Shown here piece after piece: positions 1-6,282 of a stretch of DNA of 9,453 nt. The stretch lies in the sequence record OY723342.1, one strand, 5' to 3'. The translations under genes were made by a program, and so were the position numbers. The notes below the pieces were generated by a model. The model was given only the letters and a program-made list of their open reading frames with translations, did not search any database and had not been told where the DNA came from. The first letter of the stretch is position 1, and the number at the start of each line of letters is the position of its first letter.

Positions 1-4
1 GGTC

Positions 5-43
5 CCAAAACGAGTGATTTAGGGTCCAAAACACCCATTTTGG
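5..43. repeat. Dyad-motif cluster (2 sites, CYAAAW-N6-7-WTTTRG)
   Basis: ccaaaa-cgagtg-atttagg at 5-23. ccaaaa-caccca-ttttgg at 26-43 has perfectly complementary arms. Confidence 0.7.
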
Positions 44-135
44 GAGGTCTCGGGATACCTCAGATACCCCATTTCTGGAGGTCTTGGGGTCCTCAGATCA
101 TGGCATCCGTGTCCTCAGATACCTAATACCTATGG

Positions 136-240
136 TCTGCGAGTCCTTAGTACCTATCTGCATGGTCTGTATGCCCGTATCCTCTGTGCCATGTCCTCTG
201 TGCATGTCCTCAGTACCTCTCTGCGAGTCCTTAGTACCTA
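136..240. repeat. 21-bp perfect direct repeat pair (TCTGCGAGTCCTTAGTACCTA) spaced 84 bp apart
   Basis: Identical 21-mers at 136-156 and 220-240. They lie in a domain rich in the recurring words ATGGTCT and GTCCTCAGAT. Confidence 0.85.
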
Positions 241-248
241 ATGCCTAT

Positions 249-272
249 ACCTATCTGCATACCTATCTGCAC
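249..272. repeat. 12-bp minisatellite ACCTATCTGCAT, 2 copies
   Basis: acctatctgcat at 249-260 followed by acctatctgcac at 261-272. The orthologous site in copy 2 has 5 copies. Confidence 0.93.
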
Positions 273-572
273 AGGTCCTCAGATACATCGCGAGCATCTC
301 CAGACCCCCGGATCTCATGATCTGATGGTCTCCGGATCCGCTCATGGTCTCCAGATCTGCACATCCCCAGACCCCTAATCCGATACCCACAGCATATGGT
401 CTCATAGTATGTATCTAATGGTGATGGTATCCATAGTGGTCTGTATCCCTACTACACACCCCATGGTATGTAGTGCATATGGTCTGCATGCCCTCATGGT
501 CTCCGGATCCCTGCATCCCTGGATCCCATACCCATGGCATCCCCAGACCCCCGGATCTCATGATTTGAGACC

Positions 573-634
573 CCAAATCCATCATTTTGAGACCTCTAAA
601 ATCATCATTTTAGACCCCAAAACCATGGATTTCA
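573..634. repeat. Dyad-motif cluster (3 sites)
   Basis: ccaaat-ccatca-ttttga at 573-590. ctaaaa-tcatca-ttttag at 596-613 has perfect arms. ccaaaa-ccatgg-atttca at 617-634. Site starts are 23 and 21 bp apart. Confidence 0.7.
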
Positions 635-664
635 GGTCCTCAGATATGCTCTCCGGGATGCTCG

Positions 665-797
665 TAATGGTCATAATGGCTCTTAGAGGATATGGGGATA
701 CTCCCCGTAGGCCTCTCGGTAGCCCAGGATGCACGGAGGGACATTCCCTGTGGAGGTGATCTCCTCAGGTATCCCGTATGCCATATCCTGTCATTAG
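665..797. repeat. X element, full-length copy (133 bp)
   Basis: Runs from taatggtcataatggctcttagagg to cctgtcattag. It shares a 64-bp identical core (707-770) with 1258-1321 and is about 85-90% similar to 7022-7154. Confidence 0.85.
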
Positions 798-824
798 GTA
801 CCCATTCCGACCCATTTGGTGTCC

Positions 825-903
825 CCAAAATCATCACTTTTGGTGACCAAAGGGGTACCCCTTTGCAACACGTTTTGGGACCCCCTAAAATGGTCACTTT
901 TGG
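825..903. repeat. Dyad-motif cluster (2 full sites plus half sites)
   Basis: ccaaaa-tcatcac-ttttgg at 825-843 has perfect arms. ctaaaa-tggtcac-ttttgg is at 885-903. A half site acacgttttggg lies between them. Confidence 0.7.
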
Positions 904-1112
904 GACCTCTTTAGGTACCCTTCCCGGCACCCCTTAAGGGCCATCCTTCGAGGAATGGCACCATTTAGGGGGTCTGAAAGGGGGTCAGAAAGGGTGCTAA
1001 AAGGGTACATGCATGAGTACTCACACACCATCTTTAAGGGGTTTCGGGGGTTCTGTATCCCTCGAAGGATCCCCCTTAGTATATGGGGTGGTGTTCCCAT
1101 GTGCAAAAGGGG

Positions 1113-1195
1113 CTAAAAGTGGTGTTTTCGACCCTTTTTGCATGCCAAAACCACCAAAATCGATGGTTTTGAGCACCCCAAATCACTCATTTTGG
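1113..1195. repeat. Dyad-motif cluster (3 sites)
   Basis: ctaaaa-gtggtg-ttttcg at 1113-1130, ccaaaa-tcgatgg-ttttga at 1154-1172 and ccaaat-cactca-ttttgg at 1178-1195. Confidence 0.7.
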
Positions 1196-1222
1196 GGGTT
1201 TCGGGCCCTGTCCAATACCCTC

Positions 1223-1321
1223 CATAATGGTCTCTTAGAGGATATGGGGTACTGCATGTAGGCCTCTCGGTAGCCCAGGATGCACGGAGGGACATTCCCT
1301 GTGGAGGTGATCTCCTCAGGT
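1223..1321. repeat. X element, truncated copy (core retained)
   Basis: Runs from cataatggtctcttagagg to ctcctcaggt. The segment 1258-1321 is identical to 707-770. It lacks the 3-prime tail atcccgtatgccatatcctgtcattag. Confidence 0.85.
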
Positions 1322-1384
1322 TCCATAATGCCCTAGATGTGCTAATCCCGTGCCGATACCTACTCGCAACACATGTTTTGGGAC

Positions 1385-1665
1385 CCCTAAAACATGTATT
1401 TCGACCCATTTGGGGTCCTCATACCATGGCACCATCCTCTGTGCACATACCATGTATCTAGAGGATGTGGTCTCCATAGGTATCGTGGGCATATCCCCTA
1501 CCCTATGATATAGGTACCATGCAGAGCATGTGTACTCCTTATAGCATATGTAGTGATCCCCATGGTGTCTAAGGGATCTGGTGATGTACTGGATATCACC
1601 ATAATCATGTAATCTGAGTACATCAAATCATGTGTTTTCATGTCATCAAATGCATGCAATATCAT
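1385..1665. repeat. Y segment, intra-unit duplicate copy 1 (~280 bp)
   Basis: The stretch cataccatg[g/t]caccatcctctgtgcacataccatgtatctagagga...ataggtaccatgcagagcatgtgtactccttatagcatatgtagtgatcccc recurs at 2433-2733, at an offset of about 1048. Confidence 0.85.
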
Positions 1666-2215
1666 GATATCTGGTGGTCTACTGGATACCCTCTATATGT
1701 CATATAGTACCCGAATACCTGCAAGGGCGGATCCTTATGGTTCCCCTTGTACGGATATGCTGTAGTACTAGTGTTAGTGGGTACCATAATGAGTACATAT
1801 CGAGTACTTCATATCATCAGATCATGTGTTTCATGTCATCAAATGCATGCAATATCATGATATCTGGTGACTACTGGATACTCCCTATATACCATATAGT
1901 ACTCCATACACCTCTGCATGGTGTAATGGTACCTATACTCCCCATGTACTGTATACCATAGGATACATGGTACTAATGGTGTGTATGCTGTTGTACTAGT
2001 GGTATTAGATGTGTATACCTACTCATAATGAGTACTTCATGTCATCAAATCATGTGTTTTCATGTCATCAAATGCATGCCAATACCATGATATCTGGTGT
2101 TACAGGGACTCCTCTAGATACCCATAGTACTCCATATACTCCCGTAATGGTGTAATGGTACCCGTAGCCCCCATGTCCTATATACCATAGGATACATGGT
2201 CTGCTGGTATGTATC
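1621..2215. repeat. Array of 190-230-bp sub-repeat monomers (3 monomers)
   Basis: The monomer-head word CATCAAATGCATGC starts at 1644, 1837 and 2066, giving spacings of 193 and 229 bp. Monomer bodies are highly similar (tactccctatataccatatagtactccatacacctctgcatggtgtaatggtacc...). Confidence 0.88.
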
Positions 2216-2251
2216 TAGTAGTACTCGTTGCCTGTACCCCTCCGAAAGGGT

Positions 2252-2452
2252 CTAAATACACCATTTTAGGGGTCCAAAACACCCATTTTAGGGTCCTAAA
2301 AGTGCTCATGGGGGTACCCCCACGAGCCCTTTTTATGACCATTTCTGGGCTTGATTTGCGGACCCCTTTTGGGGGATTGAATCACCCGTTTTGGGTCCTC
2401 CAGAAAGGTGCCAAAAGTGGTCATTTTAGACACCCCAAATCATGTATTTGGA
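2252..2452. repeat. Dyad-motif cluster (at least 5 sites plus half sites)
   Basis: ctaaat-acacca-ttttag at 2252-2269 and ccaaaa-caccca-ttttag at 2274-2291. A ctaaaa half site starts at 2296. ccaaaa-gtggtca-ttttag is at 2411-2429 and ccaaat-catgta-tttgga at 2435-2452. Confidence 0.7.
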
Positions 2453-2733
2453 CCCTTTTGGGGACCTCATACCATGTCACCATCCTCTGTGCACATACCA
2501 TGTATCTAGAGGATATGGTCTCCATAGGTATCATGAGGGATACCCCCTACCCTATGATATAGGTACCATGCAGAGCATGTGTACTCCTTATAGCATATGT
2601 AGTGATCCCCATGGTCTCTAAGGGATCTGGTGATGTCCTGGATACCACCATAATCATGTAATTGAGTACATGAAATCATGTGTTTTGATGTCATGATTTG
2701 ATGCCATGATCTCATGATCTGATGGTATGATGA
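2433..2733. repeat. Y segment, intra-unit duplicate copy 2
   Basis: Paralog of 1385-1665 with scattered substitutions. Its tail degenerates (gatgtcatgatttgatgcc versus catgtcatcaaatgcatgc). Confidence 0.85.
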
Positions 2734-3351
2734 GTACATACTACTACATACTACTAGCACATGCATGCCATACCACCATAGTACCACTGTATGGTATGGT
2801 ACAGGGTTAAGGTGCTATCCCTGAGGATGACCTATTCTGTGCATGCAGATAGTAGTGTATCTGTTCATAGTACTACTCATACTACTACATCATTCCATAC
2901 CACCATTGTGTATGTCATACCACCATTGATGATAGGTATGATGAGTAGGTGTATACATGCAGTGTACTAGTACTCTGTGTATGTACCTAATAGCAGTAGT
3001 AACACTCTCTGCTAATACTCTCCATTGATGGTGTGTAGTGAATACGTGTGTTATACTGTAGGCATGCATTCTGTGCACTGCTAGTACTAGTAGCAGATAG
3101 GTACCAGATACCATGCTATACATCATGCGCTGAGCATCTAGGTCTCCATAGTACACTAGGTAGCATAGTGTGTAAGGATGTGCTCATGCCTTGATACCTA
3201 CTACTAGAGCACGTGTACCTAATGATAGGACACTACTAGGGTAATGTTAAAGGTCACGTTATCGTCTACTAGTGCATAGTCTCCCTCCTGGTCCCTCACT
3301 CCCTGTATGGCAGTGTATAGACCATGTAGAGATACTATGCACTAATACGAT
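2734..3351. repeat. Unit-1-specific degenerate repeat block (no counterpart in unit 2)
   Basis: Absent from copy 2, where Y runs straight into the monomer at 7829. Internal words recur at about 210 bp: ggtatgatgagta at about 2724 and 2934, and catactactacat at about 2747 and 2878. It therefore looks like old, decayed monomers. Confidence 0.75.
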
Positions 3352-3850
3352 GTGTATACCTATCCATTAAGTACATCATTAGATACATCAAACCATGTGT
3401 TTCATGTCATTAGATGTATCAATACATGATACTACTAGTACTCTCTAGATACTCATAGTACTCCATACACCTCTGCAATGGTGGTATGGTACCCGTACTC
3501 CCCATGTACTGTATACCATAGGATACATGGTACTAATGGTGTGTATGCTGTTGTACTAGTGGTATTAGATGTGTGTACCTACTCATAATGAGTACTTCAT
3601 GTCATCAAATCATGTGTTTCATGTCATCAAATGCATGCAATATCATGATATCTGGTGACTACTGGATACTCCCTATATACCATATAGTACTCCATACACC
3701 TCTGCATGGTGTAATGGTACCTATACTCCCCATGTACTGTATACCATAGGATACATGGTACTAATGGTGTGTATGCTGTTGTACTAGTGGTATTAGATGT
3801 GTATACCTACTCATGATGTATACATTCATGTCATCAAATGCATGCATTTA
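3352..3850. repeat. Array of ~220-bp sub-repeat monomers (about 2.5 monomers; degenerate relatives continue to ~4260)
   Basis: Heads at 3408 (degenerate, cattagatgtatc), 3625 and 3832. The word gtgt[a/g]tacct recurs at 3352, 3571 and 3799, giving periods of 219 and 228 bp. Confidence 0.88.
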
Positions 3851-4428
3851 CATGATGATACTGCTCATGAGTACCTACCCGTAGTAGTATACATGTAGTA
3901 TCCATGGTATACATAGTACTCGTAGTGTATGCTGTTAGGCTATGATGTAGGGGGTATCCCGTACCCCTCATACCATCCGTGCATACTACTAGTATCCTGT
4001 ATATCACTAGATACTGTATATGATCATACGTGCAAACCATGTGTTTAGATGTCTCGAAACATGTGTTTTGGTGTCATGACATACACATTCTATACTACTA
4101 ATGAGTACCTGTACATGGTATGTGCTGTAAGGGATACTAGGGGATATGGTGTATACCTCTAATGGGGCATATGCTGCCATTAGGGATACCCCCAATACCT
4201 GTAGTACTCTGTATAGCTCATTATGCCATGATATGCAATAGTAGTGGATTCGCTCATCTCGACTAGATCATGTCACGAAATGACATGTTTTGGGAGGTGT
4301 GCCGATACCCACTAGTAACACAGATACTGTATGGTATGCAGGTATCCCCATTCCCTCGATAAAGAGGCATCAGGGGATATGCACATGCCACCAGTACACT
4401 AAGGACTCCAAGGGGTGCCAAAAGGGGT

Positions 4429-4447
4429 CCAAAAGTGCTCATTTTAG
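4429..4447. repeat. Dyad motif (single site)
   Basis: ccaaaa-gtgctca-ttttag. Confidence 0.65.
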
Positions 4448-4561
4448 GGGTACCCGTAAATGGCATAATTGCCCCGATTTCGCGTACTCATATTCCTAAG
4501 GTCACTGTAAGGAATATGGTCTCCGGCGATGGCATTCCCATTGTGTGCATCCGAAAAGGGC

Positions 4562-4667
4562 ATAAAATGACCCATTTTAGGCACTTTTGGGCCTTTTGGG
4601 GTCGCAAATGTGCACATTAAGACCCCTAATGTCTCCAAAAGGGTCCAAAATGATGCATTCGTTTTCT
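4562..4667. repeat. Dyad-motif cluster (sites and half sites)
   Basis: ataaaa-tgaccca-ttttag at 4562-4580. Half sites cacttttgg and ccttttgggg follow. ccaaaa occurs at 4635 and 4645, followed by cgttttctg. Confidence 0.6.
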
Positions 4668-4688
4668 GTCTGACTCGGATCCGCCCTT

Positions 4689-4707
4689 CGCGCGCGCGCG
4701 CGTGTGT
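4689..4707. repeat. (CG)7(TG)2 alternating purine-pyrimidine tract
   Basis: cgcgcgcgcgcgcgtgtgt read directly from the sequence. It lies about 160 bp upstream of the unit junction. Confidence 0.92.
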
Positions 4708-4868
4708 TACTATACACTAAGGGCACACAATTTAGGGGTTCCGAGCACCTCCAGACCCCCAATCCGACACCCTCTGGGATACCCTATCTGAGGGGTACGG
4801 GCCCGAATCCCTTAGGAGCACCTTAGGGATGGCATTGGGGAGGGGTCTGGGAGCACCCAGAAAGGGTC

Positions 4869-4907
4869 CCAAAACGAGTGATTTAGGGTCCAAAACACCC
4901 ATTTTGG
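4869..4907. repeat. Dyad-motif cluster (copy-2 ortholog of 5-43)
   Basis: Offset +4864; ccaaaa-caccca-ttttgg at 4890-4907. Confidence 0.7.
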
Positions 4908-5111
4908 GAGGTCTCGGGATACCTCAGATACCCCATTTCTGGAGGTCTTGGGTCCTCAGATCATGGCATCCGTGTCCTCAGATACCTAATACCTATGGTC
5001 TGCGAGTCCCTAGTACCTATCTGCATGGTCTGTATGCCCGTATCCTCTGTGCCATGTCCTCTGTGCATGTCCTCAGTACCTCTCTGCGAGTCCTTAGTAC
5101 CTAATGCCTAT

Positions 5112-5171
5112 ACCTATCTGCATACCTATCTGCATACCTATCTGCATACCTATCTGCATACCTATCTGCAC
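5112..5171. repeat. 12-bp minisatellite ACCTATCTGCAT, 5 copies
   Basis: Five perfect head-to-tail 12-mers; the last ends in c instead of t. This gives the TYLH x5 run in ORF 4995..5276, versus x2 in ORF 84..320. Confidence 0.96.
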
Positions 5172-5470
5172 AGGTCCTCAGATACATCGCGAGCATCCCC
5201 GGACCCCATATCTCATGATCTGATGGTCTCCGGATCCGCTCATGGTCTCCAGATCTGCACATCCCCAGACCCCTAATCCGATACCCACAGCATATGGTCT
5301 CATAGTATGTATCTAATGGTGATGGTATCCATAGTGGTCTGTATCCCTACTACACACACCATGGTATGTAGTGCATATGGTCTGTATGCCCTCATGGTCT
5401 CTGGATCCCTGCATCCCTGGATCCCATACCCATGGCATCCCCAGACCCCCGGATCTCATGATTTGAGACC

Positions 5471-5532
5471 CCAAATCCATCATTTTGAGACCTCTAAAAT
5501 CATCATTTTAGACCCCAAAACCATGGATTTCA
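5471..5532. repeat. Dyad-motif cluster (copy-2 ortholog of 573-634)
   Basis: Offset +4898; ctaaaa-tcatca-ttttag at 5494-5511. Confidence 0.7.
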
Positions 5533-5562
5533 GGTCCTCAGATATGCTCTCCGGGATGCTCG

Positions 5563-5695
5563 TAATGGTCATAATGGCTCTCAGAGGATATGGGGATACT
5601 CCCCGTAGGCCTCTCGGTAGCCCAGGATGCACGGAGGGACATTCCCTGTGGAGGTGATCTCCTCAGGTATCCCGTATGCCATATCCTGTCATTAG
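5563..5695. repeat. X element, full-length copy (ortholog of 665-797)
   Basis: Offset +4898 from 665-797. I saw one substitution (ctcttagagg versus ctctcagagg). Confidence 0.85.
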
Positions 5696-5722
5696 GTACC
5701 CATTCCGACCCATTTGGTGTCC

Positions 5723-5801
5723 CCAAAATCATCACTTTTGGTGACCAAAGGGGTACCCCTTTGCAACACGTTTTGGGACCCCCTAAAATGGTCACTTTTG
5801 G
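5723..5801. repeat. Dyad-motif cluster (copy-2 ortholog of 825-903)
   Basis: Offset +4898; sequence identical to copy 1 as far as I can read. Confidence 0.7.
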
Positions 5802-6010
5802 GACCTCTTTAGGTACCCTTCCCGGCACCCCTTAAGGGCCATCCTTCGAGGAATGGCACCATTTAGGGGGTCTGAAAGGGGGTCAGAAAGGGTGCTAAAA
5901 GGGTACATGCATGAGTACTCACACACCATCTTTAAGGGGTTTCGGGGGTTCTGTATCCCTCGAAGGATCCCCCTTAGTATATGGGGTGGTGTTCCCATGT
6001 GCAAAAGGGG

Positions 6011-6093
6011 CTAAAAGTGGTGTTTTCGACCCTTTTTGCATGCCAAAACCACCAAAATCGATGGTTTTGAGCACCCCAAATCACTCATTTTGG
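6011..6093. repeat. Dyad-motif cluster (copy-2 ortholog of 1113-1195)
   Basis: Offset +4898; identical to copy 1. Confidence 0.7.
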
Positions 6094-6120
6094 GGGTTTC
6101 GGGCCCTGTCCAATACCCTC

Positions 6121-6219
6121 CATAATGGTCTCTTAGAGGATATGGGGTACTGCATGTAGGCCTCTCGGTAGCCCAGGATGCACGGAGGGACATTCCCTGT
6201 GGAGGTGATCTCCTCAGGT
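6121..6219. repeat. X element, truncated copy (ortholog of 1223-1321)
   Basis: Offset +4898. ORF-track peptides covering it (5911..6159, 6011..6307) are identical to those of copy 1. Confidence 0.85.
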
Positions 6220-6282
6220 TCCATAATGCCCTAGATGTGCTAATCCCGTGCCGATACCTACTCGCAACACATGTTTTGGGAC

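Larger units (their letters stand above)
1..4864. repeat. Macro tandem-repeat unit, copy 1 (4864 bp, non-coding)
   Basis: Collinear with 4865-9453. Offsets read from the sequence and from paired ORF-track peptides are +4864 at 1-85, +4898 for 409-1660, +5137 for 2209-2545 and +4589 for 3834-4864. The internal junction reads cccagaaag|ggtcccaaaacg at 4864/4865. Confidence 0.97.

Noticed and set aside
322-328. Hammerhead-ribozyme-like CTGATG words (322-328, 2719-2725)
   Set aside because: The words read ctgatgg, not CUGAUGA. There is no appropriately placed GAAA box or three-stem junction.
707-770. X-element core as a tRNA or tRNA-derived SINE (it contains tcggtag, reminiscent of a D-loop)
   Set aside because: There is no T-loop (GGTTCGA-type), no acceptor-stem pairing, and no cloverleaf that I can draw.
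1085-1095. Kinetoplast minicircle CSB-3-like word (ggggtggtgtt versus GGGGTTGGTGTA), considered together with possible circularity and bent DNA
   Set aside because: The match is imperfect (one missing T and a different last base). I found no CSB-1 or CSB-2 partners at the expected spacing. Similar G/T-rich words are common in this sequence. It remains only a remote analogy.
2456-2463. Ciliate-type telomeric repeat (TTTTGGGG / CCCCAAAA, e.g. 2456-2463 and 823-830)
   Set aside because: Occurrences are single, never tandem. Each is one arm or half site of the dyad motif. They are internal and present on both strands.
2209-2562. The listed ORFs (61-117 aa, e.g. 2209..2562, 409..759, 5307..5657, 7346..7693) as protein-coding genes
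   Set aside because: All are short and scattered over all six frames. They overlap heavily on opposite strands (e.g. 640..930 minus versus 692..937 plus). Their internal peptide repeats simply mirror the DNA repeats (PKGSK/HFR motifs come from the dyad motif). Paralogous ORFs differ by frameshifting 1-bp indels, as in 2209..2562 versus 7346..7693 and 84..320 versus 4995..5276. I recognise no catalytic or domain motif.
3001-3060. Hidden long genes under a stop-codon-reassigned genetic code
   Set aside because: Spot translation shows all three stop codons in different plus-strand frames within about 40 bp (TAA in frame 1, TGA in frame 2, TAG in frame 3 at 3001-3040). Similar mixtures are visible elsewhere, so no single reassignment would open a long frame. 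This was checked only by sampling; a full recoded six-frame scan would be decisive.
4676-4690. Cloning-vector or adaptor junction suggested by GGATCC next to the CG tract
   Set aside because: The same sequence recurs identically in both units (4676-4707 and 9265-9296). GGATCC is common throughout the repeat, so it is intrinsic to the element.
4799-4811. tRNA-like T-arm gggcccgaatccc near the unit junction
   Set aside because: The loop reads cccgaat, lacking the near-invariant TT of TTCGAAT. The putative acceptor strands (around 4746-4752 versus 4812-4818) pair for only about 4 bp. No D arm or anticodon arm is evident.
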